Positions 9,173 to 17,436 of a stretch of 64,000 nt of DNA are shown in pieces; the stretch's first letter is position 1; each line of letters opens with the position of its first letter. Source of the stretch: an uncultured Dorea sp. (lineage in GTDB: Bacteria > Bacillota > Clostridia > Lachnospirales > Lachnospiraceae). A program made the translations under genes and the position numbers. Location of the stretch: assembly GCA_947388185.1 (NCBI GenBank), contig CANDQP010000001.1, positions 17,604 through 81,603 of the forward strand. The letters are read 5' to 3'. Below the pieces are notes generated by a model that ran no database searches, was not told the DNA's origin, and was given only the letters and a program-made list of their open reading frames with translations.

Positions 9173-9927
9173 TGTATATAGAAGAGAAATACATTCGGAG
9201 GGCATGCCATATGGCATGCCCGAATAAATTGGAATTGATCAGATACGAGAAGGTTCGGGAAATTCTGCGGGACGGGAGCGTTCGTGAGAATGAATTTGCG
9301 ATCCCGGTCGAGCATTCTGTGACGGTCTGTGTAAACGGAAGAGAGGTCATGGAGATCTCCTGTACCGGGCAGTATCTTGCGGAGGTGATACTTGGAAGGC
9401 TTCTCACCGCGGGAATCATTGAAGATGCGAAAGAGGTGGAATCCGTCTGTGTCAGTGAGTCCGGGGAAGTCGGGGAAGTGATCCTAAGGGAGCCAAAGGG
9501 GCAATGGAATACGGAGTGCAGGTTGTCTCCTGTAGAGCCGGTCATGTGGGAGAAGGAATGGGTCTTCGCTCTTGCGGACCGGTTAGCGGACGGCATGCCG
9601 CTCCATCAGGAGACATTCGCAGTGCATAGCTGTTTTCTGTCTATGCGGGGGAAGCTCTTGTTCGCGTGCGAGGATATCGGACGGCATAATGCATTTGACA
9701 AGGTGATCGGGTACGCCCTTCGCAATCAGATCGATCTTAGGCAGTGTATCGTGTATTCCAGTGGGCGGATCCCGGTGGATATGGCGGTGAAGGCGATTCG
9801 GGCGGGGATTCCGGTTCTGGCGGCTAAGGCGGTGCCGACCTGCGAGGCAGTGCGGCTGGCGGGAAAGTACGGGCTTACGCTGGTGTGCTCGGCAAGGCGG
9901 GATATGATGAGGGTGTGTGTCTCTTAA
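9172..9927 (+). CDS. fdhD: formate dehydrogenase accessory sulfurtransferase FdhD
   Basis: The ATG overlaps the fdhA stop (TAATG at 9170-9174). It has the FdhD signature DIGRHNAFDKVIG, and the C-terminus SGRIPVDMAVKAIRAGIPVLAAKAVPT is typical. The upstream part of track ORF 9049..9927 overlaps fdhA and is not used. Confidence 0.9.
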   Translation: MYIEEKYIRRACHMACPNKLELIRYEKVREILRDGSVRENEFAIPVEHSVTVCVNGREVMEISCTGQYLAEVILGRLLTAGIIEDAKEVESVCVSESGEVGEVILREPKGQWNTECRLSPVEPVMWEKEWVFALADRLADGMPLHQETFAVHSCFLSMRGKLLFACEDIGRHNAFDKVIGYALRNQIDLRQCIVYSSGRIPVDMAVKAIRAGIPVLAAKAVPTCEAVRLAGKYGLTLVCSARRDMMRVCVS

Positions 9928-10027
9928 ACGGAATAAAGAGATCATAAAAATATATTTCCAACTTTATTTCTAATGTGATATGATAGATTTGTTTAGGAAT
10001 ACAGCTTTTTGAAACAGGCGGTGAAGT

Positions 10028-11398
10028 ATGGAATTAGAGCGTGATATTTATCAAAATCTGCTGGCATGGAAAGGTAAAAAGAACCGCAAGGTTTTGGAAC
10101 TTGAAGGTGCGAGGCAGGTAGGGAAAACATACATTTTAGATAAATTTGCGAAGAGAGAATACGAGAAACATATCTATATCAATATGCTTGCTTCTTCCGG
10201 CAGTGATTTCCTGCGTTGTCTGGAGACTGCCGCCAAGTGGGAGCCGGGGCAGAAGCGGGAGGAGAATCCGGTTTATAAGGCATTTCAGTTATATGACTGT
10301 GATTTTGAAGACGATGATAACTTACTGGTTGTTATCGATGAAATCCAGGAATCATCGGTTGTGTACAGTAAGATCAGAGAGTTTGCCAGGAATTTTAAAG
10401 CTCACTTTATTGTGACAGGATCTTATCTGGGGAAAACCCGTGAAAAAGAATATTTCCTCTCGGCCGGCGACGTAGAATCACTTACAATGACGACCCTTAC
10501 ATTCCCGGAATTTCTGGATGCATTTCATAAGCGGGAATTGTATGATTCGGTTGGATTGTATGGAGAATCTGATCATGCCGCATATGATGAGTTGAGATCT
10601 TATTTCAAGATCTATCTTCAGATAGGCGGATACCCGGAAGTTGTGACCACATATCTGGAAAATGAGAATATTCAGGAGTGTATATCTGTGATAGACAATC
10701 TGATTCGGATATTTGTCAAGGAATCTTCCCGATATTTTGAGGGACCGTTGGAATTAGAAATGTTTGAAAAGGTTTTTTCCTCTATTGCGATTACACTGTT
10801 AAAGGAGAAGAAGGGGACGTCTGACCTTACGACTGATCTTACGAAGATAATCTTTAAGGAGGAGAGCGGACGGATTGCCAAGAGAACGACGAACTATGCG
10901 ATAAGCTGGCTATATTTATCACATCAGATCGGGTACTGCAGTATGAGTGTCGACTGCAGTAATCTGGACATTGTGGATAACTGCCGTTATTACTTCAATG
11001 ATCTTGGAATTGCCGGACATTTCTTAAAATTAACTGGAGAGCCAATGAGTGAGATAGAAGGGATTCTGTGTGAGAATTTTGTCTATCTGGAACTTGTCAG
11101 GAGGATCAGAAAAGGTGAGATCGCCGGGCAGGTGCCGTGGTTTGCGACGGATAAGAAGACAAGCGGCGAATTGGATTTTTACGTGAGAAGCCGTGTGGAT
11201 CATAAGGATTACGGATTAGAAGTAAAGAGAGGGAAGAATCAGGCGAATACGGCGAATGTTTTGCTGGAAAGAGGGAAATTAGACTATATCTATCACCTGA
11301 AAAATACTTACGGCGGGATATCCGGGAGAAAATATTCGGTTCCGTTGTATTTGTGCGGACGCGTCTCGTTTGCTATGGGGAAAGAAGATAAAAACTGA
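10028..11398 (+). CDS. AAA-family ATPase with C-terminal DUF4143-like domain
   Basis: 456 aa with Walker A GARQVGKTY and Walker B LLVVIDEIQ. The overall layout resembles AAA_14 plus DUF4143 orphan ATPases. It is visibly more AT-rich than the flanking fdhD and moeA (hand counts of sample lines: about 37-45% versus about 60-68% GC). Confidence 0.8.
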   Translation: MELERDIYQNLLAWKGKKNRKVLELEGARQVGKTYILDKFAKREYEKHIYINMLASSGSDFLRCLETAAKWEPGQKREENPVYKAFQLYDCDFEDDDNLLVVIDEIQESSVVYSKIREFARNFKAHFIVTGSYLGKTREKEYFLSAGDVESLTMTTLTFPEFLDAFHKRELYDSVGLYGESDHAAYDELRSYFKIYLQIGGYPEVVTTYLENENIQECISVIDNLIRIFVKESSRYFEGPLELEMFEKVFSSIAITLLKEKKGTSDLTTDLTKIIFKEESGRIAKRTTNYAISWLYLSHQIGYCSMSVDCSNLDIVDNCRYYFNDLGIAGHFLKLTGEPMSEIEGILCENFVYLELVRRIRKGEIAGQVPWFATDKKTSGELDFYVRSRVDHKDYGLEVKRGKNQANTANVLLERGKLDYIYHLKNTYGGISGRKYSVPLYLCGRVSFAMGKEDKN

Positions 11399-11402
11399 TT
11401 GA

Positions 11403-12626
11403 ATGGCTGGAGGAGAAAGATTGAGCGGATTGATATTAGAGCAGGCACAGAATCTACTGCTTGAGAGAGTGAATATGATTAAGGACGCAGAGGAGATAAC
11501 GCTGTGGGATGCGGCGCGGCGTGTGCTTGCAAAGGACATATACGCCGAACATGACCAGCCCCCGTTTCCAAGGTCGCCCCTTGACGGATATGCGGTCAGA
11601 AGCGGGGACATCAGCATGGCCTCGAAGGATCATCCTGTGCGCCTTAGGGTATTAGAAGAGGTGGACGCCGGGCATGTAGGCAGCAAATGTGTGGAGTCCG
11701 GGACTGCCGTGCGGATCATGACGGGGGCGCCCATACCGGACGGGGCGGACTGCATCGTCGGACAGGAGGATACGGACTACGGGGAAGAGACCGTGGAGGT
11801 CTACGAACCCATTGGTTCTTATGAGAACTACTGTTATGCAGGCGAGGATTATAAGGCGGGCACGAAGATCTTAGGAGAAGGGCTGCTGCTTGGCGCCGTG
11901 GAGATCGGGATACTGGCAAGCCTTGGCCTGGATCGGGTCACCGTGTACAGAAGTCCGAAGGCAGCGGTGATCACCACCGGGGATGAGATCATTCTTCCGG
12001 GAGAAGAGCTTGCAGGCGGGAAGATCTATGATTCCAATCTCTATACGCTGGTGACGAGACTTCGCATGTGGGGAATGGAAGTGACGGCAAAGGAGCGGGT
12101 GGGAGACGACGCGGCATTTGCGGCCGAGAGGATCAGGGAAGCGGCAGGGAATGCAGATCTTGTGATCACAACAGGCGGTGTGTCCGTGGGGAAGAAGGAT
12201 ATCATGCATGAGGTGGTGAAGCTGCTCGGATGCGAGACGATCTTCTGGAAGATTGCGGTGAAGCCTGGGATGCCGACTCTGTGCGCGCAGTATCAGGGGA
12301 AGCTTCTGATCTGTCTGTCCGGGAATCCCTACGGTGCGGCAGTGAATCTGGAGCTTCTGGTGCGGCCAATCCTTTGTAAAATGTCGGGAAGGCCGGACCT
12401 TAAGATCAGAAGGGTGCGAGCTGTGACGGAGAGTACGTTCTCCAAGATGAGCCGGGTGACCAGGTATGTCCGGGGATATTATGAGAATGGAAGCGTGCGG
12501 ATCCCCGACGGGTCGAATGCGTCGGGAATCTTAAGCACGATGTGCGGATGCAACTGCCTGATCGAGATCCCGGCAGGGACACAGCGGCTTGAGGCAGGAG
12601 ATGAGGCAGTGATCGTACGGTTGTAG
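11403..12626 (+). CDS. moeA: molybdopterin molybdenumtransferase MoeA
   Basis: 407 aa with PFPRSPLDGYAV and TTGGVSVGKKD motifs. The N-terminus aligns with the usual MoeA leader helix. Confidence 0.9.
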   Translation: MAGGERLSGLILEQAQNLLLERVNMIKDAEEITLWDAARRVLAKDIYAEHDQPPFPRSPLDGYAVRSGDISMASKDHPVRLRVLEEVDAGHVGSKCVESGTAVRIMTGAPIPDGADCIVGQEDTDYGEETVEVYEPIGSYENYCYAGEDYKAGTKILGEGLLLGAVEIGILASLGLDRVTVYRSPKAAVITTGDEIILPGEELAGGKIYDSNLYTLVTRLRMWGMEVTAKERVGDDAAFAAERIREAAGNADLVITTGGVSVGKKDIMHEVVKLLGCETIFWKIAVKPGMPTLCAQYQGKLLICLSGNPYGAAVNLELLVRPILCKMSGRPDLKIRRVRAVTESTFSKMSRVTRYVRGYYENGSVRIPDGSNASGILSTMCGCNCLIEIPAGTQRLEAGDEAVIVRL

Positions 12627-12671
12627 TCTGACTCTCCGCCGGTTGTGCAGACTTCCTGGACGCAGCTGTCC

Positions 12672-13901
12672 TTATACCGATGAAGCCGGTACAACTTTGC
12701 TTCCGATCGCAGCGGAGAGGAAGATCCACACGAACATCTTGACGGGGAAGCATAGAGATAGTACCATGGTCACGGCGAGAGGCTTCTTCATGATCCCGCC
12801 TAAGAGGGCGGATGTCACGACTGCGGCGGTGAACACCACATGCCCTGCGCTCTCCGGGAATACAAGGCCTGCAATCCCGTATCCTAAGCAGACTCCTGCG
12901 AAGATGACAGGGAAGAAGTGCCCTCCCGCAAGTCCGCTCTGAATGCAGAGATTGGTCAGCAGTATCTTGAAAAAAGCCATAGCGATCAGCCATAGCGGCA
13001 GGTAATCCAGATAGCTTCCCATCAGCACGCCCATCTGCTCTTCGCCGGAGAACAGGGCTGCCGGTACGGCAGAACCGGCGATTCCAAGGCAGAGACCTCC
13101 CATGGTCTCTCTTAATATAGAAGGAAGCTTCCCTGCGAGGTGTGTGCATCCGTGATGGGTCAGTTGATAGAACCTGGCAAGGATGCAGCCGCATATGATG
13201 TAGACGATCATCATCAGATAGTCTGTCCGTACCAATTCCTGCGGCGGAAATGACGGGAATCCGCCCATCCCGGCCCCGAACAGATGGGACAGGAGCAGAT
13301 AGGCTCCGAACCCGGATGCGATCGTAATTCCATAGACGAAGGTCTTAGAGGTCCTGGTAAGATCAGGGATCTCTTTTTCTTTGTTCTCTTCTTCTACAGC
13401 GAAGATTCCGAACAGGGGAGAGTGGAAGAGAAGGCTTAAGGTGACGGCCATGCCGACTTTGGAGTATTCTCTTGCATTGCCCTTGGCGAAATTCAGATTA
13501 TCTCCCGCCCAGTAACATAATCCGACGATGATTCCGGTCAGTCCGGCCTCCGGGCCGACGCTGCTTCCGATTACCAGCGGAAGGAAAGCGGCGATGAGCA
13601 TTACCGGCATGTTTCGGTATTCATAACGCTTCTCCTGCTTGATTTTGCCCAGAACGGCAGTCAGTTCTTCCGGGTAATCTCCGCATTTCTTCCGGAAGAT
13701 CCCGATCAGGGCGCCGCCCGCGGTGCAGACGAGTATCGGATAGAAAGGCCAAGTAATCTTTCCTGGAATCCATTCCCAGAGAAAGGACGTACCGACTGAG
13801 ACTGCCTTTAAGAACAGCCAGATAACAGCGCTTATAAAGGCGCCTACGATCATGCAGAACAGAGTTAGATTCCATTGATTTTTAAGCTTTATTTTGTTCA
13901 T
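12672..13901 (-). CDS. ClC-family voltage-gated chloride channel/antiporter
   Basis: 409 aa, polytopic, with a GAGGAA RBS. It has ClC-like filter motifs GSSVGPEAG and GGHFFPVIF (GxFxP). Confidence 0.8.
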   Translation of the reverse strand: MNKIKLKNQWNLTLFCMIVGAFISAVIWLFLKAVSVGTSFLWEWIPGKITWPFYPILVCTAGGALIGIFRKKCGDYPEELTAVLGKIKQEKRYEYRNMPVMLIAAFLPLVIGSSVGPEAGLTGIIVGLCYWAGDNLNFAKGNAREYSKVGMAVTLSLLFHSPLFGIFAVEEENKEKEIPDLTRTSKTFVYGITIASGFGAYLLLSHLFGAGMGGFPSFPPQELVRTDYLMMIVYIICGCILARFYQLTHHGCTHLAGKLPSILRETMGGLCLGIAGSAVPAALFSGEEQMGVLMGSYLDYLPLWLIAMAFFKILLTNLCIQSGLAGGHFFPVIFAGVCLGYGIAGLVFPESAGHVVFTAAVVTSALLGGIMKKPLAVTMVLSLCFPVKMFVWIFLSAAIGSKVVPASSV

Positions 13902-14074
13902 AGTGATTCCTCAACTTGGGTGTTTTGATTATGAGATGCGCACTCTAATTATAAATGCAGTGAGGAAATAATCTGCAAATCTGTGGTAAAAAGTAGATTT
14001 TTGGGGTAAAAGAATGATATAAATACAGTATGATTTGTTAGAATTTATAGAGGAAAGGATGTGGGGATCATTCC

Positions 14075-14800
14075 ATGAACATAGCAGTAGTAGAAGACAG
14101 CAGGCGGGAGGCAGAAGAGTTGATCCGGTTTCTGGAACAATTTGGCAAGAAGCATGGCTGTGATCTGAGAATTTCATATTATATGAATGGGGAGGATTTT
14201 CTTGCGTCCCTTGGGAAAAATGATTATACAGCGGTATTCTTAGATATTTTCCTGGGGAAGATGAGCGGAATGGAGGCTGCCGGGCGGCTGTGGGAATATA
14301 ATCCGCAGTGTCAGATCATATTTCTGACATCGAGCAGAGAGCATATCCGGCAGGCATTCCAGGTACATTGTTTTGATTATATAGATAAGAAGGATTTCAC
14401 TTGTGAGCGGATCTTCGAGGTGATGGAAGACCTTAGAAGGAAGCTTCCTTCCCTGAACCGGTATCTGGAATTTGTCAGCGGGAACCGGTCTGTACGCCTT
14501 CCGATGAATAAGATCCAGCACGTGCTTTCAGACAATAATTACACGGTATTCGTGATGGAGGACGGGAAGGAGTACCGATACAGGATTCCCTTTGGCAATA
14601 TCTTAGAGCTGATGGAACCGGCAGAGAATTTCCTGAATTGCAACCGCGGTGTGCTGCTGAATATGAATGATATCGTGAAGGAAGAGGCGGATGTGTATGT
14701 GATGAAGAGCGGGCAGCGTTTCCCGATCCGAAGATTGGACCGTGCGCTGATCAAGGACCGGTATCATCAGTATCAGTTTGCCAAATTAGAGGAAATGTGA
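14075..14800 (+). CDS. LytTR-family response regulator (REC + LytTR DNA-binding domain)
   Basis: 241 aa. It has a REC domain (VFLDIFLGKMSGMEAA) and a C-terminal LytTR region (IQHVLSDNNYTVFVMEDGKEYRYRIPF...FLNCNRGVLLNMNDI). Confidence 0.9.
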   Translation: MNIAVVEDSRREAEELIRFLEQFGKKHGCDLRISYYMNGEDFLASLGKNDYTAVFLDIFLGKMSGMEAAGRLWEYNPQCQIIFLTSSREHIRQAFQVHCFDYIDKKDFTCERIFEVMEDLRRKLPSLNRYLEFVSGNRSVRLPMNKIQHVLSDNNYTVFVMEDGKEYRYRIPFGNILELMEPAENFLNCNRGVLLNMNDIVKEEADVYVMKSGQRFPIRRLDRALIKDRYHQYQFAKLEEM

Positions 14801-14811
14801 GGAAGAACGGT

Positions 14812-16146
14812 ATGGAAGATATATTAAGCTATTTATTATATTGTTCAATAATAATTCCTTTGATTCCGCTGTGTTTCTATCCTGTGCAGGGATATATTAA
14901 GAGCCGTATGCCTGTCTTGATCGTGAAGATCATTCTGGCGCTTTCAGCGGCGGCAGTGTTGCTGGCGCTGATCGGAAGCTTCATAATTCCCCTGCCCAGT
15001 CAGACGGATTATGTGTTGGCTCCTGTTGGTATCTATTGTTTCTATCTATATAACAGGGAAGTGAAGATCTTATTTACCAAGAAATTATTCGTGTTTCTCA
15101 CAGCCTGTGTGGTAGGCGGATATTCGTTTTTATTTGCCACGGTGGCTGACTATACGATACATCCGACCAGTAATTATCTGAATTTTTCAACAGAAGCGCT
15201 GACCGTGCAGATTCTCATCCTTGCCGCGGCAGATGTAGTCCTGTACCGGCCGTTATCCAAATATCTTGGATGGGTAATCTCGAATCTGCATGAAGAGGCG
15301 ATATGGAAGAGGGTGTGGATCTTCCCGGCGCTGTTTTTCGCGGCGACCTTTTGTATGTTTCCGCGGAAGTACAGCACCATGTATGTGTGGAAAGTTAGAA
15401 AATTGTATCCGGTAGCCTTGAGTCTTTTTGCTTTTTTGGGTATTCTGATCTATTTCCTGTTCTATGTGGTCGCATATACATATGTGCAGAAGCAGAAGAC
15501 GGAGATTGCTAACCGTATGCTCGCCATGCAGGGGACGCAATATCAGCAGCTGCTGCGGACGGTGGAGGAGAACAGCCGGATCCGGCATGATTTCCGGCAT
15601 CAGCTTATTGTGATCGCAGAGCTGGTGGGGCAGAAGGAATATGAGAAGCTTGAAGAATATGTCCGTAAATATATCGACGACGGGCAGGCCGAGGTGAAGC
15701 TGTATTCTTATTCGGCTGCGGTGAATGCGCTGATCTCGTATTATGAGTCTGTCTGCATGAGGAGGGGGATCCGGACGGAATTCGCGGTGTCTCTGCCGAA
15801 CCGGCTGCCTGTGTCGGATCAGGACTTCTGCGTGATGCTGGGGAATCTGCTTGAGAATGCAATAGACGGGAGCGGGGAGCTGGAAGATCCGTACATCTGC
15901 CTGAAAATCGGGCAGACATCGTCGAATATGCTGGCGGTCAAGGTAATGAATCCGTGTCAGGGAGAGCTGGTCAGGGAGAACGGGCATTATCGTTCCACCA
16001 AGAGGGATGGATACGGACAGGGATTGGAATCTGTGAACCTGATTGCAGAGAAATATCAAGGCGTGATGGAGATCCTGGCGGATGGGAAGCTATTCACCGT
16101 TAAGGTGCTGCTGCAGATACCGGGCAGGAGTGCAGGCAGTTCCTAA
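14812..16146 (+). CDS. AgrC/HPK10-type sensor histidine kinase (multi-TM sensor + GHKL ATPase)
   Basis: The track ORF starts at GTG 14797. ATG 14812 is preferred because a GAGGAAG RBS lies 6 nt upstream. About 6 TM helices are followed by the H-box RHDFRHQL and N-box LGNLLENAIDG. It overlaps or abuts the response regulator stop (14798-14800). Confidence 0.85.
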   Translation: MEDILSYLLYCSIIIPLIPLCFYPVQGYIKSRMPVLIVKIILALSAAAVLLALIGSFIIPLPSQTDYVLAPVGIYCFYLYNREVKILFTKKLFVFLTACVVGGYSFLFATVADYTIHPTSNYLNFSTEALTVQILILAAADVVLYRPLSKYLGWVISNLHEEAIWKRVWIFPALFFAATFCMFPRKYSTMYVWKVRKLYPVALSLFAFLGILIYFLFYVVAYTYVQKQKTEIANRMLAMQGTQYQQLLRTVEENSRIRHDFRHQLIVIAELVGQKEYEKLEEYVRKYIDDGQAEVKLYSYSAAVNALISYYESVCMRRGIRTEFAVSLPNRLPVSDQDFCVMLGNLLENAIDGSGELEDPYICLKIGQTSSNMLAVKVMNPCQGELVRENGHYRSTKRDGYGQGLESVNLIAEKYQGVMEILADGKLFTVKVLLQIPGRSAGSS

Positions 16147-16175
16147 GGTTCTGGTTTTTGGAGAGGAGAGAAGAG

Positions 16176-17432
16176 ATGGATACATTTCTAGTGAATACGG
16201 TTATTTTCCTGGCACTGGTGGTGGTGTTCGGTTATTTGAACGAGAAGGTGACGCGGTTCACCCATGAGATCGCATTAATGTTGTTTGCAGTGATACTTGG
16301 CGGGGCGTTGGCGGTATTTGGCGCCGTCTCTAAGGGGACGGGGGCCGTATCGCAGATACTTGAAGAGGTTCAGTTCTTTAATCTGGAGGGATTCCTGATC
16401 GAAGGTGTCTTATGCTTTATGCTGTTCGCGGGCTCCTGTCATATGAAGCTTCTGGATTTTAAGAAGCATGCGAGGGCGATCTCGCTTCTAGCGGTGGGGG
16501 CTACATTTCTTGGCGCCGTGTTCTACGGAGTGATCTTCTATGGCGCCGGGAAGCTTCTGGGGCTTACTCTTACGCTTCCGGTCTGTCTGATGTTCGGGAG
16601 TATCGTTGCGCCTACGGATCCGATCGCCGCGACCAGTATCCTGAAGAAGTTCCATCTGCCGCCTGGGATCAGCTTCATCATCGAGGGAGAGTCTCTTCTG
16701 AACGACGGGATGGGAGTGGCTCTTTTTATCTTCTTCTCAGGGATGGTCACGGCCGAAGGAAGCGGCGGTTTCTTTGCCGTCATGGCGAAGGAGCTTCTCG
16801 GAGCTGTAGTTGTGGGGATACTTGTGACGGCGGTCTGTTTCCCCATATTCAGCCATACGAAGGATGAGTCAAGGCAGATCTTCACCAGTCTGCTGGCGGT
16901 GTCGCTGGCGTATGTACTGTGTGAGGCCTTCGGATTCTCCGGGGCGATCGCCTCTGTTGTCTGCGGCGTTTTGTTCTCTGCGCTTCGCAACCGGTCGGAG
17001 CAGAAGGGAGCGCCCCTTATGCTTAAGCAGTTCGATATCTTCTGGGGGATTCTGGATACGCTGCTGAATTCGATCCTGTATGTCATGCTTGGCCTGTCAT
17101 TTATACATATCCTGCAGATGCCGCATGTATTGCTCTTGTCGGTACTGGCGGTTGCCGCCAACCTGATCGGGCGGACGGGCAGCCTTGGCGCGGCGTCGCT
17201 GTTCATCGGCCCGCTGCCGGACGGGTATCGGAAAGGGCAGTTTATCAGGCTGCTGACCTGGGGAGGCCTTAGGGGAGGCCTGTCGGTAGCGCTCGCTATG
17301 AGTACCCAAGGAATCGTCCCCGATGAGATCTATCATGTGATCCTGGGCGGGACATATGCGGTGGTATTCTTCACGACGATCGTTCAGGGCATGACGATGC
17401 GCAGGGTGTACGAGAATATTCAGAGGAGCTAA
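16176..17432 (+). CDS. CPA1/NhaP-type Na+(K+)/H+ antiporter
   Basis: ATG 16176 follows a GGAGAGGAGAG RBS; the track starts at TTG 16158. The protein is polytopic and carries IVAPTDPIAATSIL, a CPA1 signature. Confidence 0.85.
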   Translation: MDTFLVNTVIFLALVVVFGYLNEKVTRFTHEIALMLFAVILGGALAVFGAVSKGTGAVSQILEEVQFFNLEGFLIEGVLCFMLFAGSCHMKLLDFKKHARAISLLAVGATFLGAVFYGVIFYGAGKLLGLTLTLPVCLMFGSIVAPTDPIAATSILKKFHLPPGISFIIEGESLLNDGMGVALFIFFSGMVTAEGSGGFFAVMAKELLGAVVVGILVTAVCFPIFSHTKDESRQIFTSLLAVSLAYVLCEAFGFSGAIASVVCGVLFSALRNRSEQKGAPLMLKQFDIFWGILDTLLNSILYVMLGLSFIHILQMPHVLLLSVLAVAANLIGRTGSLGAASLFIGPLPDGYRKGQFIRLLTWGGLRGGLSVALAMSTQGIVPDEIYHVILGGTYAVVFFTTIVQGMTMRRVYENIQRS

Positions 17433-17436
17433 TCGA

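Noticed and set aside
13902-14074. A fluoride (crcB-motif) riboswitch upstream of the ClC gene, or agrB/agrD-like genes next to the AgrCA-like two-component system.
   Set aside because: The reverse-complemented leader shows none of the conserved crcB-motif segments I can recall. No short precursor-peptide ORF or AgrB-like membrane protease gene is present nearby.
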